From Eledone cirrhosa (lineage: Eukaryota), in assembly GCA_964016885.1 (NCBI GenBank), contig CAXHJY010001748.1, forward strand, positions 1 through 34,958: a stretch of DNA of 34,958 nucleotides, written 5' to 3'. Numbering within the stretch: the first letter of the stretch is position 1; each line of letters begins with the position of its first letter. Shown one piece after another: positions 16,184 through 33,235 of this stretch. Under the pieces are notes generated by a model. It did no database searches, had not been told where the DNA came from, and saw only the letters and a list, made by a program, of their open reading frames with translations. The position numbers and the translations under genes are program-made.

Positions 16184-16706
16184 TACATACATACACATAC
16201 ACATACACACACACACATACACATACACATATACATATACATATCTTTTTCAAAAAATTGCATAGAATATATTAACTAGGTATATATCAAAAACACATCC
16301 CATTCTATGATTACATGACATTCTGCAATTCGTCTGTATAAGGATATTAATTTTAAGCAAATTAAAATTAAAATTTTTAGGTTGATTAAAACTAAAACCA
16401 AATAATAAATATATTTCTAAAATGTATATTAATTAGGTCTATAATACTAAAAATTATTTCTCTGTCATTGGATACACGATATTATTTTGTTATATTTTAT
16501 CTGTAAAAGAGTTATAATAAAAGGTTTAAATAAATTAAAATTAATCTATAAATTAAATTACTAAGTATATATTAGTAATATTTAAAGGTTTTTCACAATT
16601 TATGATTACATAATATTTTATATTCTCATCTGTAATAAAATATTAATTAAATTAAATTTATAGGTTAACTAACATTTAAATTAAATTAATTTCTAAAATA
16701 ATGTTA

Positions 16707-18440
16707 TTAATTAGGTTTATAATATTTAAATGTTTTTTTTAGTTTATGATTACACGATATAATTAATTCCTGTCGTTTATTTAATAAGATATCCTTAGAC
16801 TTCATTATTTCAAATAGTTCTTGGGAACATAATCTACATTCATTTCTATTATTTTGATAAGGGGTGGCTCTTTTGAGCACACTCCAGGTCAAATCATATT
16901 TTATATTCTTATTTTTATAACTATTGATTTTTTCTGCTAGAGATGTTGTATTAGCCAGTGCGGCATTTTTAAAACTATGCTTGTGGGTATTAAACCTTGT
17001 CTTAAAATTGTTAGAGGTAGCTCCTATATATGAGCAAATAGAATCTTTAGTTTTAACATTACATTTATAGACTATGTTGTTAACAAGACAATTCCCTTTT
17101 AATGGGCAGTTTGCTTTGTTTCTACAGTTACATCCTTTCGTTAATTCTGTATTTGAGGAGATATTATGGTTAATTTGATGTACTGGTGGTATACTTATGG
17201 TTTTCTTACATTTATATGCATTATATGCACTTATATTTTGTTTTATGTTATTTGTTGTAGAGTATGAGAATTTAACTGTAGACCTATTTAAGATTTGATG
17301 GTATTTGTGGTTTGGCGGGAAGTTTTTCTCAAGGATATAAAAAAATTTTTTTAGCAATATTATCCTTAACTTGTAAATTAAAAGGAGCATTATACCAAGT
17401 AACCCGTCTATTACGGTTTCTATGTTGTTTATTATTTTTATTATTTTTATAGGTTGTATCGTGATTTTTACTAGGAGGATTAATGTTAATGATCTCACCA
17501 CAACTATTTTTAGTTATATTTGTAGATTTAGGTGTTTTATCTTTTTTATTAGGAGTTTTATTATTAATATTTATTATAGTTGTATGATGAGTAGTTTTTT
17601 GAGAGTTACTATACTTTATATTAGAAGATTTAGTATTTTGGGGTATAGTGTGGGTGGCATTTAGGTGTGTACTTTTCATTTGGTGTTTGTTGGTAATATT
17701 ATGTTGTATGCTTTCAGTATTTTTAGTAGAAGGTATATACTCTAATCTATTTTTGTGGCCACTTCTATCTAGAGCTTCGTTATAGAAGGTCGCATTTTTA
17801 TCAAATACATCTTGGTTAGAAGAAAGGTTAGAAATTCTAAGTGATATATTATATGCAAGGTTTTTAAGGATAGATTTAGGGTGATTAGATTGTGAGTGTA
17901 TGTAATGTAAGTTTTGGTTAGGTTTATGGTAAGGTTGGTAGATACCCGTAGCTAAATCTAAAGTTATATCTAGGAAATTTACTACTTTACTTGTTTTTTC
18001 AAAAGTAATATTAAGATTATAATAGTCTTTAAGGAAAGTTCTAATATGTTTTTTGTTTTTTTCGATTTCTGAAAGGCTAAGGTTGTTAGAAAGAAGAAGA
18101 CAGTCATCACGATATAAACCACCTTTGAGGTGGGGAAAAGAGGCATTTATGTTGAAAAGGAGAAAGAGGCCCACAAGATCAGTAATTTGGGCGGAATCGC
18201 TTGAACCCATAGTAATATCAAAAAGATTACTGTATGTGTTTCTGGTCCAGTACTCATTCTGAAATTCAATAAGTGTTAGTCTAGCATGTGTAATAATGTT
18301 AATGTCATCCAAAGTTAAGTTAGATCTATTTTTAGCAAATATCAATGCTTTGTTCAGGAGTATAGGTGATATAGAAGAATAGTAATTATCTATATCAAAT
18401 TGTAGGAAAGAAGCAGAAGATTTACACCTAATATTTTTAA
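16707..18440 (-). pseudogene. PLE RT + GIY-YIG polyprotein, 5'-truncated, one frameshift in a homopolymer at ~17340-17352
   Basis: FLQFDIDNYYSSIS, MGSSDSAQITDLVGLFLL, GGLYRDDCL, VNFLDITLDL, SNHP, WYNAPF, CNCRNKANCPLKGNCL, NIVY...SYIGATSNNFKTRF, CRLCSQE, LLNKRQELIISCNHK. Confidence 0.93.
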
Positions 18441-18902
<462 letters not shown>

Positions 18903-18959
18903 TATATACATATATATATACATATATATATACATATATATATACATATATATATATAC

Positions 18960-19131
<172 letters not shown>

Positions 19132-19147
19132 ATATATATATACATAC

Positions 19148-19208
<61 letters not shown>

Positions 19209-19265
19209 CATATATATACATATACATATATATATATACATATATATATATACATATATATATAC

Positions 19266-19336
<71 letters not shown>

Positions 19337-19419
19337 TAGATATTTATATATATATATATACATACATATATATATATATACATACATATATATATATACA
19401 TATATATATATATATTTAC

Positions 19420-19490
<71 letters not shown>

Positions 19491-19557
19491 CATACATACA
19501 TATATATATATATATACATACATATATATATATATACATACATATATATAAATATAT

Positions 19558-19589
<32 letters not shown>

Positions 19590-19653
19590 ATACATATATA
19601 TATATACATACATATATATATATATATATATACATACATATATATATATATAT

Positions 19654-19731
<78 letters not shown>

Positions 19732-19807
19732 CTACATACATATATATATATATACATACATATATATATATATATACATACATATATATATATACATACA
19801 TATATAT

Positions 19808-20545
<738 letters not shown>

Positions 20546-20557
20546 TATACATACATA

Positions 20558-20672
<115 letters not shown>

Positions 20673-20676
20673 ATAG

Positions 20677-20737
<61 letters not shown>

Positions 20738-20738
20738 C

Positions 20739-20917
<179 letters not shown>

Positions 20918-21027
20918 TATATATATACATATATATATATACATATATATATACATACATATATATATACATATATATATATACACATATATATATATAC
21001 ATACATATATATATATATATACATACA

Positions 21028-21065
<38 letters not shown>

Positions 21066-21070
21066 CATAC

Positions 21071-21165
<95 letters not shown>

Positions 21166-21166
21166 T

Positions 21167-21381
21167 GAGGGTGTTAAAGTTTGCTTGATGCATTGTGAAA
21201 TGTGTAAAATATATACATATATACATATATATATATATATGTATATAAAATACGTAGTTTAGAAAGCCACAACAATGCAGAGGGAAATCTCGAGGTAGAA
21301 ATCTCTTATCTATCATTCACTTCCTACCTCGAGATTTCCCTCTGCATTGTTGTGGCTTTCTAAACTACGTATTTTATATAC
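21167..21381. repeat. Asymmetric fold-back palindrome C, copy 1
   Basis: 21241-21298 pairs with 21324-21381, 25 nt spacer; unique extension 21167-21210. Confidence 0.92.
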
Positions 21382-21384
21382 ATA

Positions 21385-21434
<50 letters not shown>

Positions 21435-21476
21435 TATATACATATATATACATATATATATACATATATATATACG

Positions 21477-21571
<95 letters not shown>

Positions 21572-21572
21572 C

Positions 21573-21625
<53 letters not shown>

Positions 21626-21636
21626 CATATATATAC

Positions 21637-21667
<31 letters not shown>

Positions 21668-21689
21668 CATATATATATATACATATATA

Positions 21690-22948
21690 TAGTAATACTA
21701 ATAAAATTGAAGACTAAAATCCAAAGAGGGCTCGATAAGGAAAATATATATCAAATATATAAGAACCGTAGAGCAAATATTTATTAAAATAACAGATTAA
21801 AGTTTAAGCAAAGAATCGCTGCTTTCACCCTTAACGGGATCTTCTGAAACTAACAAAGTCAATCTGTAAACGCAGAACTGGATATTTCAAAAAACGTTGC
21901 AACCGGAGGAAGACAGGAAGACGATACTTTGGTTCGTGGTAACGTTCGCTGGCAAAGAACGGGAAAAAACGAATATAATACGTCATTAATAGGAGCGGTG
22001 AAAAACAATTACGCGCAAAGACAGAACCACGTTTATGGTATAAAAGAGGTCGTAGACTAATGTTCTCTTAGGTGGTTCATAGAGACGTTCTCTGGCAATG
22101 AACGAAAAAACGAAGATAATAAGTCATATGTGGAGCGTGGAGAACAATAGCACGCAAAGACAAAACCACGTAAATGGTATAGCAGAAATCGTAGACTAAA
22201 ATTCTAACTAGGAGACCAAATGAATCTCCGCTACAGAGTTAAGAACAAAGTAAATAAATACAATACAGAAGTAATAGAAACAAATAAATACATACACGCA
22301 AACAGATACGTACATACACAAGCATCAGCAAAACCTTACCATGGGTATACAAAACCACGCACATATAAATATGTGTGTGTATGCTTGTGTACAAATAAAT
22401 AAATAATTATATAAACGTATATAAGTAAATAAATACGTATATAACAAGCGCACACGCATACCGACATAGAAATACACGAATGTTCGGAGACGTAAGTCAA
22501 CTAAAACAAGAAGTACACATATACACACACCCACCATACGTACAAACCTGCACACTCACGCGGACGCAAAACTCACGTATACACATAGCCAAACCCTAAA
22601 TACCAGGATATGTAAAAATTATACGCTATAACAGTCGAATATACGTACGAGAAGGTATACATACCTTCACAAAACATACTGGTAATATATACTTACCTAT
22701 GCAAATAAGTAAAGGAATAAACAAAACATATACTTAGCTCCCACATCAAGACGTAAAATATCCACGTGTAGATCGTGCTATCCGTTAGGGTATAACGTGG
22801 GGCTGTAATACAGGAAAGTTTTGTGCAATTTATGTTTACAAGCCGAAATTGCCTCAGATTTTTTGTTTAAGATGTGGTCTGTAACGTAGAGTATTTCCAA
22901 GGCCTCAGCGGCGCAGAGGTCACATGGTCTTTTATTTCCGTTATACGA
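21690..22948 (-). mobile_element. Heavily 5'-truncated PLE (EN C-terminus, 3' UTR, hammerhead), copy 1
   Basis: 22778-22948 encodes [18 protein letters not shown]...[15 protein letters not shown], homologous to the C-terminus of ORF 16707-17501. Confidence 0.85.
21801..21851 (-). ncRNA. Hammerhead ribozyme (U4A variant)
   Basis: agttt-CAGAAGA-t-ccc[gttaa]ggg-t-GAAA-gca[gcgattctt]tgc-TT-aaact. Confidence 0.7.
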
Positions 22949-23017
22949 TATATACATATACATATATATATATACATATATATATATACATATATATATA
23001 TACATATATATATATAC

Positions 23018-23080
<63 letters not shown>

Positions 23081-23215
23081 TATATGTATATATATATATA
23101 CATATATATATATACATATATATATATACATATATATATATACATATATATATATATGTATATATATATATACATATATATATATACATATATATATATA
23201 CATATATATATATAC

Positions 23216-23269
<54 letters not shown>

Positions 23270-23529
23270 GTATATATATATACATATATATATATGTATA
23301 TATATGTATATATATATACATATATATATATGTATATATATATATACATATATATATATGTATATATATATACATATATATATGTATATATATATACATA
23401 TATATATATGTATATATATATATATACACATATATATGTATATATATATACATATATATATATATATACATACTTATATATATATATATACATATATATA
23501 TATACATACATATATATATATATACATAC

Positions 23530-23702
<173 letters not shown>

Positions 23703-23743
23703 CATATATATATACATTTATATATATACATATATATATATAC

Positions 23744-23832
<89 letters not shown>

Positions 23833-23955
23833 GGAGGTGAGTTTTATTGTAGTACAATAAAGCAATGCAGATATCGGATAAGAAGCACTCTACAGTTTGT
23901 GGGACTGGAGTATGCATAATATAAGATCAAAAGATGGTTAAAGGAGTTCAATATA

Positions 23956-24022
23956 TTTTATTATGCGCATTTCAAAAACAAACATCATCAAACAATAATA
24001 TTTGTGTTTTCATCAGATAAAA
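23956..24022 (-). ncRNA. Hammerhead ribozyme (inverted pLTR copy)
   Basis: Reverse complement of 25434-25500. Confidence 0.85.
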
Positions 24023-24044
24023 CAGGAGAACATGATATGAAGGC

Positions 24045-24076
<32 letters not shown>

Positions 24077-24365
24077 CTAACCTAGAATCCATAATAAATA
24101 GACGCTCGGATTTGTTTTCCATCTGCCTTCATAAATTCCATAGAACTTTTCACAAAGTATACAGTTAATATTCAATTCTTTATCAATTTAGAATCTTTTC
24201 TCAAAGGCACATATACATACACCTCTTTAAAATATACCCATCTACCTTACTTTAAAGGGCATTATACACTCTATAGTACTCGTTTATTCATTTACCTCAT
24301 CCTATCTTCTCGTAAAACAATAACATTTGTTTTTGACATTTTGAATATTCATCCGCAATCATTAT

Positions 24366-24397
<32 letters not shown>

Positions 24398-25433
24398 CCC
24401 TCTATCATAAATCTTTTTAATCTCAATTTCATCCTTAATTTATTATTATATATATTTTTTTTAATATATACTCATATATTCTTTAAAATATACCCATCTA
24501 CCTTACTTTAAAGGGCATTATACACTCTATAATACCCGTTTACTCATCACCCTCATTATATCTCTTCGTAAAACAATAACATTTGTTTTTGACATTTTGA
24601 GTATTCATCCGCAATCATTATTATTTTTTCTCTCTATCATAAATCTTTTTAATCTCAATTTCATCCTTAATTTATTATTATTATTTTTTTCTCCCCATCA
24701 ACGAACTCATTATTAATACATATGAATTCAATATAAAAACTTTAACTTCACATTTTTCTCAAATCCTATACATAAACATTTTCTCTTTGCTAATTTTAAG
24801 ATTCCTACATTTCTCCTTTTGAATATTCACCCACAATTATTATTTTTTTCTCTCTATCTCCATACATAATCTCCCTTCGTTATTTTTTTCTCTCTATCTC
24901 CATACATAATTTCCCTTCGTTAATTTTCAAATTCCTTTAATTTATACATTATCTTCCAACGGTTCCCAACCTCTCTATATTAAAACATTATATCTTTTTC
25001 TCAGTTATAAAAACTATCTCTTTCTCTCTATCACCCATCTCTCCCTTTCCACCTTCACTCTCATCTCCTCCCCTTTTTTTCATCCTTTCCACCCCCACCC
25101 CTCCCTAAATATAATATATTTTTTCCTCGCACATATCCTCCCTTCGTTAATTTTCAAAATTTTTAATTTATACAGTATCTTCCAACGGTTTTCAACCCCT
25201 CTATATAAAATATATCTCCTCTCTGTTATAAAAACTATCTCTTTCTCTCTATCACCCATCTCTCCCTCTCATCTCCTTCCCTTTTCATCCTTTTCTCTCC
25301 CCCCCCTCTCTAAATAAAATATTTTTCCCAATATCACACATCAATCTAAAACCACTTTTCATATGTTGATTTAAAACTGCACTATCAACAAGTGTTTTTT
25401 TTTTTTTTTTAGCCTTCATATCATGTTCTCCTG

Positions 25434-25500
25434 TTTTATCTGATGAAAACACAAATATTATTGTTTGATGATGTTTGTTTTTGAAATGCGCATAATAAAA
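25434..25500 (+). ncRNA. Hammerhead ribozyme
   Basis: ttttat-CTGATGA-aaacacaaatattatt[gttt]gatgatgtttgttttt-GAAA-tgcgca-TA-ataaaa; helix III is the palindrome ATGCGCAT. Confidence 0.88.
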
Positions 25501-25532
25501 TATATTGAACTCCTTTAACCATCTTTTGATCT

Positions 25533-25619
<87 letters not shown>

Positions 25620-25738
25620 CATATATATAGATACATATATATATATACATATATATATAAATATATATATACATATATATATATACTTATATATATACAT
25701 ATATATATACATATATATATATACATATATATATATAT

Positions 25739-28700
25739 GTCCTGGGTATGACATTAAACTACATCCAGTGGCAAGGCTCCAGTTCGGGAGTTCAGGAGCT
25801 GTGGGGAATGTGGAGTTACCCCTTAGTTGTCATGACTCCCAGGTCTGCCCTGGCCCGGGGTGGTAGTACCTGTTAGGGCTCCATTTATGGGTTAAATAAC
25901 TACCTTATTCGAGTGGCGCCGGTAAGGTATTGTCAGCCATTGAAAAGAAATATGGAGAGTCGATCTAACAGCACTAGGGTTAGAGCCCCTAATTACACTG
26001 TCAAGGAGCAGCCTGGTCGTTATGACTCTGCTGGCTTAGAGCCACAGAGAGGGCCAGTGGATGATGGATCAGCTGTCTCTGAGACAAATATAAAGAATGC
26101 AGTTTTGTCCTGCAGAGGAGCCATCAAAATGGGCACTTTGAATGTGAGGACTATTCGAACGCTGGAGAAGAGAGAGGAGTTGGGACATCTGTTCGAGGAG
26201 AGTGGTATACAGATACTTGCGATCCAAGAACACAAGATTCTACACGATGAGCCCGTGAGGAGTGTGATGATCGGGAGGAAGAGCCAGCTCATCACTACAT
26301 CGGCAGTGAAGAACACAACAAATGCTGCAGTAGGAGGAGTGGGTTTTGTGTTCAGTGCAAAAACCAATCTGTTGGTGAGGGAAATAATGCCTATCTGCCC
26401 GCGAGTGTTGAGGGTGACCTTCAATGGAAACCCAAGATTGACAATCATCTCAGCCTATAGTCCAACCGAGGGGGACAGTGATGTGAATGCCGAGGAGTTC
26501 CATGAGGAGGTGTGTAGAGCTGTCAACACCACTCAGGCACACAATATCCTGCTTGTTTTGGGGGACATCAATTCACATCTGAGTAAGGAGGGCAGTGAAG
26601 ATCCTTGCTGGTACTTCCATAACAACACCAACCGAAATGGAAGACTACTGAGAGACACCCTGCTGGAGGCGAACTTGATGGCGACCAACCTAAGGTTTAG
26701 GAAGAATCTGGGGAAGATGTGGACCTACATCTCAGATATGCACCTGTCCAAGTCCCAGATTGATTTCATTCTGGTGTGGAAAAAGTGGCGGAATAGTGTT
26801 CTGAACACGGAACCATACAGCTATTTCAGTACACTGGGTAGTGACCACCGGCTTGTTATGAGTGAGGTCCGCGGGAGCTTAAGAAAGAGCAAGGAACAGC
26901 CCCGGAGAACAATCTATGATTGGGGAGCTTTCAAGGAAGATGATAAGCTACAGGAGAGGTTCACAGTGGAAGTGAGAAACAGGTTTAGTGCTCTGTGTGG
27001 AGAGTCAGAGGAGAGAGAGATTGGATGGACTGAGGAGAGTGTGACGAGGAGGTACGGGCACTTCACCAATGCAGTGGCGAAAGCAAGTGAAACCCTGGTG
27101 CCGAGGAAAAAGAACAAAGGGAAGCACGTCAGCTCTGCAAACCCAAAAGTGTGTGCAGCCAGAGAACACCTGAAAGCTGCTAGGGACCAATTCTATGCTG
27201 ATCCTACGGAGGAGAGGATGGAGACTGTGGAGGTGATGAGGGAAGAGCTCTGTACCGCTTACACTGAGGTCAGAGAGGAGGCACTGATAGAGAAGATCAG
27301 AAGTGTGGAGAGAGCGGTTGACAGATCTGGATGTAAGGAGAGCTGGATGATCATCAACGAGATCACAGGGAGGAAGAAAAGGTGTTCGAGTCAGATCCAG
27401 GGAACGGGGCCCGAGGATAGGAAGAGGAAATGGCTAGACCATTTTAGGACCCTACTAGGAGAGCCACCCTCCACAGCCCAGAGCACTGGGGAGATCAGGC
27501 GGCTGTTTGAGGAACTGGATGTTGAGACAGAGCCCGTCACTAGAGAGGAGCTTCAGAGAGCCAAGAAGAAGATCAAGGAGGGAAAGGCTCATGGAGAAGA
27601 TGGAGTGGCATCAGAAGTGATGAAGAGGTGTGATTTTGATGATATCATCCTGGGGTTCTGTAACGGGGCACTGGAGAAAGGAGTTGCCCCGAATCAGTGG
27701 AGGATCAATAACATCGTCCCAGTGCCAATGAAGGGAGATCTCTCTAACACCAACAACTACCGGGGGATCTCACTGACGTCACTTGTGGCAAAGACCCTCA
27801 ACAGGATGATTCTTAACAGGATCCAGCCTGTGATGGAGAAGAAGCTCCGGGACAACCAGAACGGCTTCAGAGAGGGTAGATCAACCACCAGTCACATCCT
27901 GATGCTGAGGAGGATATTAGAGGGAGCTAGAGCAAAGTGCCTTCCTGCCGTCATGGTTTTCATTGACTTTAAAAAGGCCTTTGATTCTGTGGACCGTTAC
28001 TGCCTGATGAAGATCTTACATGCTTATGGAATCCCCAAGAGGATAGTGGACCTGATATCACTGCTCTACACCAACACCAAAGCCCAAGTCATTACACCTG
28101 ATGGGATGACAGAGTTCTTTGAGATACTGGCTGGAGTGCTCCGGGGAGATACATTGGCTCCCTACCTTTTTATCATCGTAGTGGACTATTGTATGCGCCT
28201 TGCACTGGAGAAACACCAGGACTCTGGCTTTACTGTAGCACCGGCTCAGAGCAGGAGAGTTGGGGCGAAAAAGGTATCGGATGCTGAATTTGCCGACGAC
28301 ATAGTTTTTGTGACAAATACAGTGAAGGAGGCAGAGGATTTGATGCGGGAGGTTGAGACTGTGTCGATGAGTGTGGGGCTGAGAATGAATGAGACTAAAA
28401 CAAAATATCTGATAGAGAATGTTGAGAAGCCAGAGGGGATCACTAATGTAGGCGAGAAGCCGCTGGAATTGGTTGAGGACTTCCTGTATTTTGGAGCAAA
28501 GATTGGGAATACGGAAGATGATGTGGTTGAGAGGAAGAGCAAGGCCTGGGCGGCGTGTCACAGCTTGAGATCGGTGTGGAAGTCGGACCTTCGTAGAGAC
28601 CTGAAAATCCGCCTCTTCATTGCTGTAGTGGAAGCTGTGCTGCTCTATGGGTCTGAGACTTGGACTCTGACCAAGAGACTCACTCAGATGGTGGATGGGT

Positions 28701-29056
28701 GCTACACGAGAATGCTGAGGATGGCTCTGAACATTAATCAGTATACACTGAGGATAAAAAACTAAGAGCTGTATGGGAGCATCCCAAAAGTCAGCTCAAA
28801 AGTGACACAGAGGAGACTGAGGTTGGCTGGACATGCTCACCGACATCCAGAGTTGACATTGCACTCAGTGCTCCTTTGGGAGCCCCTACATGGATACACT
28901 AGAAAAGGAAGACCAAGGTTAACATATGTTGATGCCCTAAGGACAGACACTGGTCTGTTGGAGATGCAGGATATGGCAGCGATAATGAGGGACAGAGACC
29001 GCTGGAGAGAACTCGTCCATGGATCTCGGGAATTTTACCCGCCTTAGATAGATAGA
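25739..29056 (+). mobile_element. Near full-length RTE-clade non-LTR retrotransposon (LINE)
   Basis: ~3.3 kb, short 5' UTR, single APE-RT ORF, (TAGA)n tail right after the stop, flanked by (TA)n. Confidence 0.92.
25913..29047 (+). pseudogene. APE endonuclease + reverse transcriptase ORF with a premature TAA at 28763-28765
   Basis: GTLNVRT, IQEH, AYSPT, LGDIN, IDFILV, SDHRLV; NYRGISL, QNGFR, FIDFKKAFDSV, GVLRGDTLAP, FADD; read-through gives ELYG...RRLRLAGH...GRPRLTY in the same frame. Confidence 0.93.
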
Positions 29057-29289
29057 TATATATATATATACATACATATACATATATATATACATATATA
29101 TATACATATATCTATATATACATATATCTATATACATATATCTATATACATATATCTATATACATATATCTATATACATATATATATACATATATATATA
29201 TATACATATATCTATATACATATATCTATATACATATATCTATATACATATATCTATATACATATATCTATATACATATATCTATATAC

Positions 29290-29336
<47 letters not shown>

Positions 29337-29369
29337 CATAAATATATATACATAAATATATATACATAA

Positions 29370-29426
<57 letters not shown>

Positions 29427-29487
29427 CATATATATACATATATATATACATATATATACATATATATACATAAATATATATACATGC

Positions 29488-29536
<49 letters not shown>

Positions 29537-29617
29537 CATATATATACATATATATATATACATATATATACATATATATATATACATATATATACATATA
29601 TATATACATATATATAC

Positions 29618-29712
<95 letters not shown>

Positions 29713-29717
29713 TATAC

Positions 29718-29778
<61 letters not shown>

Positions 29779-29784
29779 TATACT

Positions 29785-29830
<46 letters not shown>

Positions 29831-29891
29831 TATACATATATATACATATATATATATGTATATGTATATATATATGTATATGTATATATGT

Positions 29892-29934
<43 letters not shown>

Positions 29935-29939
29935 TATAC

Positions 29940-29972
<33 letters not shown>

Positions 29973-29999
29973 CATATATATACATATATATATATATAC

Positions 30000-30032
<33 letters not shown>

Positions 30033-30049
30033 CATATGTATATATATAC

Positions 30050-30099
<50 letters not shown>

Positions 30100-30181
30100 A
30101 TACATATACATATATATATATACATATACATATATATTTATATATACATATACATATACATATTCATATATATACATATAC

Positions 30182-30215
<34 letters not shown>

Positions 30216-30259
30216 ACATCTATATATATATATATATACATATACATATAGATATATAC

Positions 30260-30617
<358 letters not shown>

Positions 30618-30625
30618 ATATATAT

Positions 30626-30669
<44 letters not shown>

Positions 30670-30673
<4 letters not shown>

Positions 30674-30826
30674 AAAGAGATGAAATCGAAAATGCAACCG
30701 AAGTCTTATTTTTTTAAAAAATAAGACTTCGGTTGCATTTTCGATTTCATCTCTTTTTCTTTATACTTCCACTCGTGTAGGACACCTCGGTTATTTTTCA
30801 TTTTGTAAAAAAAACCTCACTTTCTA
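30670..30826. repeat. Asymmetric fold-back palindrome D
   Basis: 30670-30714 pairs with 30716-30760, folding at a T/A run; unique extension 30761-30826. Confidence 0.92.
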
Positions 30827-30858
<32 letters not shown>

Positions 30859-31056
30859 ATATATATATACATATATACATATATATATATACATATATAC
30901 ATATATATATATATACATATATACATATATATATATATACATATATACATATATATATATACATATATATATATATACATATATATATATACATATATAC
31001 ATATATATATATATATACATATATACATATATATATACATATATACATATATATAT

Positions 31057-31087
<31 letters not shown>

Positions 31088-31098
31088 TATTCATATAT

Positions 31099-31313
31099 GA
31101 GGGTGTTAAAGTTTGCTTGATGCATTGTGAAATGTGTAAAATATATACATATATACATATATATATATATATGTATATAAAATACGTAGTTTAGAAAGCC
31201 ACAACAATGCAGAGGGAAATCTCGAGGTAGAAATCTCTTATCTATCATTCACTTCCTACCTCGAGATTTCCCTCTGCATTGTTGTGGCTTTCTAAACTAC
31301 GTATTTTATATAC
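31099..31313. repeat. Asymmetric fold-back palindrome C, copy 2
   Basis: Same sequence as 21167-21381. Confidence 0.92.
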
Positions 31314-31314
31314 A

Positions 31315-31364
<50 letters not shown>

Positions 31365-31405
31365 TATATACATATATATACATATATATATACATATATA
31401 TATAC

Positions 31406-31595
<190 letters not shown>

Positions 31596-31606
31596 CATAT
31601 ATATAC

Positions 31607-31637
<31 letters not shown>

Positions 31638-31657
31638 CATATATATATACATATATA

Positions 31658-32916
31658 TAGTAATACTAATAAAATTGAAGACTAAAATCCAAAGAGGGCT
31701 CGATAAGGAAAATATATATCAAATATATAAGAACCGTAGAGCAAATATTTATTAAAATAACAGATTAAAGTTTAAGCAAAGAATCGCTGCTTTCACCCTT
31801 AACGGGATCTTCTGAAACTAACAAAGTCAATCTGTAAACGCAGAACTGGATATTTCAAAAAACGTTGCAACCGGAGGAAGACAGGAAGACGATACTTTGG
31901 TTCGTGGTAACGTTCGCTGGCAAAGAACGGGAAAAAACGAATATAATACGTCATTAATAGGAGCGGTGAAAAACAATTACGCGCAAAGACAGAACCACGT
32001 TTATGGTATAAAAGAGGTCGTAGACTAATGTTCTCTTAGGTGGTGCATAGAGACGTTCTCTGGCAATGAACGAAAAAACGAAGATAATAAGTCATATGTG
32101 GAGCGTGGAGAACAATAGCACGCAAAGACAAAACCACGTAAATGGTATAGCAGAAATCGTAGACTAAAATTCTAACTAGGAGACCAAATGAATCTCCGCT
32201 ACAGAGTTAAGAACAAAGTAAATAAATACAATACAGAAGTAATAGAAACAAATAAATACATACACGCAAACAGATACGTACATACACAAGCATCAGCAAA
32301 ACCTTACCATGGGTATACAAAACCACGCACATATAAATATGTGTGTGTATGCTTGTGTACAAATAAATAAATAATTATATAAACGTATATAAGTAAATAA
32401 ATACGTATATAACAAGCGCACACGCATACCTACATAGAAATACACGAATGTTCGGAGACGTAAGTCAACTAAAACAAGAAGTACACATATACACACACCC
32501 ACCATACGTACAAACCTGCACACTCACGCGGACGCAAAACTCACGTATACACATAGCCAAACCCTAAATACCAGGATATGTAAAAATTATACGCTATAAC
32601 AGTCGAATATACGTACGAGAAGGTATACATACCTTCACAAAACATACTGGTAATATATACTTACCTATGCAAATAAGTAAAGGAATAAACAAAACATATA
32701 CTTAGCTCCCACATCAAGACGTAAAATATCCACGTGTAGATCGTGCTATCCGTTAGGGTATAACGTGGGGCTGTAATACAGGAAAATTTTGTGCAATTTA
32801 TGTTTACAAGCCGAAATTGCCTCAGATTTTTTGTTTAAGATGTGGTCTGTAACGTAGAGTATTTCCAAGGCCTCAGCGGCGCAGAGGTCACATGGTCTTT
32901 TATTTCCGTTATACGA
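31658..32916 (-). mobile_element. Truncated PLE, copy 2 (duplicate of 21690-22948)
   Basis: Offset 9968 bp; three substitutions noticed. Confidence 0.85.
31769..31819 (-). ncRNA. Hammerhead ribozyme (U4A variant), duplicate
   Basis: Identical to 21801-21851. Confidence 0.7.
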
Positions 32917-32999
32917 TATATACATATACATATATATATATACATATATATATATACATATATATATATACATATATATATATACATATATATATATAC

Positions 33000-33046
<47 letters not shown>

Positions 33047-33181
33047 TATATGTATATATATATATACATATATATATATACATATATATATATACATATA
33101 TATATATACATATATATATATATGTATATATATATATACATATATATATATACATATATATATATACATATATATATATAC

Positions 33182-33235
<54 letters not shown>

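Larger units (their letters stand above)
23830..25540 (+). mobile_element. 5'-truncated PLE with inverted 5' pLTR (element E)
   Basis: ~24076-24168 encodes SNLESIINRRSDLFSICLHKFHRTF (PLE EN C-terminal motif); 3' UTR with internal duplications; ~23917-24060 is the inverted copy of ~25395-25540 with an ~87 bp extra tail. Confidence 0.85.

Noticed and set aside
23830-25540. Element E as a MITE/DNA transposon with TIRs
   Set aside because: The inverted repeats are asymmetric, contain hammerheads and enclose a PLE endonuclease C-terminus
25830-25900. HDV-like ribozyme in the RTE leader
   Set aside because: A P3/L3-like gac-tcccag-gtc is present, but I could not assign convincing P1 and P2 helices
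26020-28561. Antisense ORFs over the RTE and PLE coding regions
   Set aside because: They are shadow frames with no recognisable motifs
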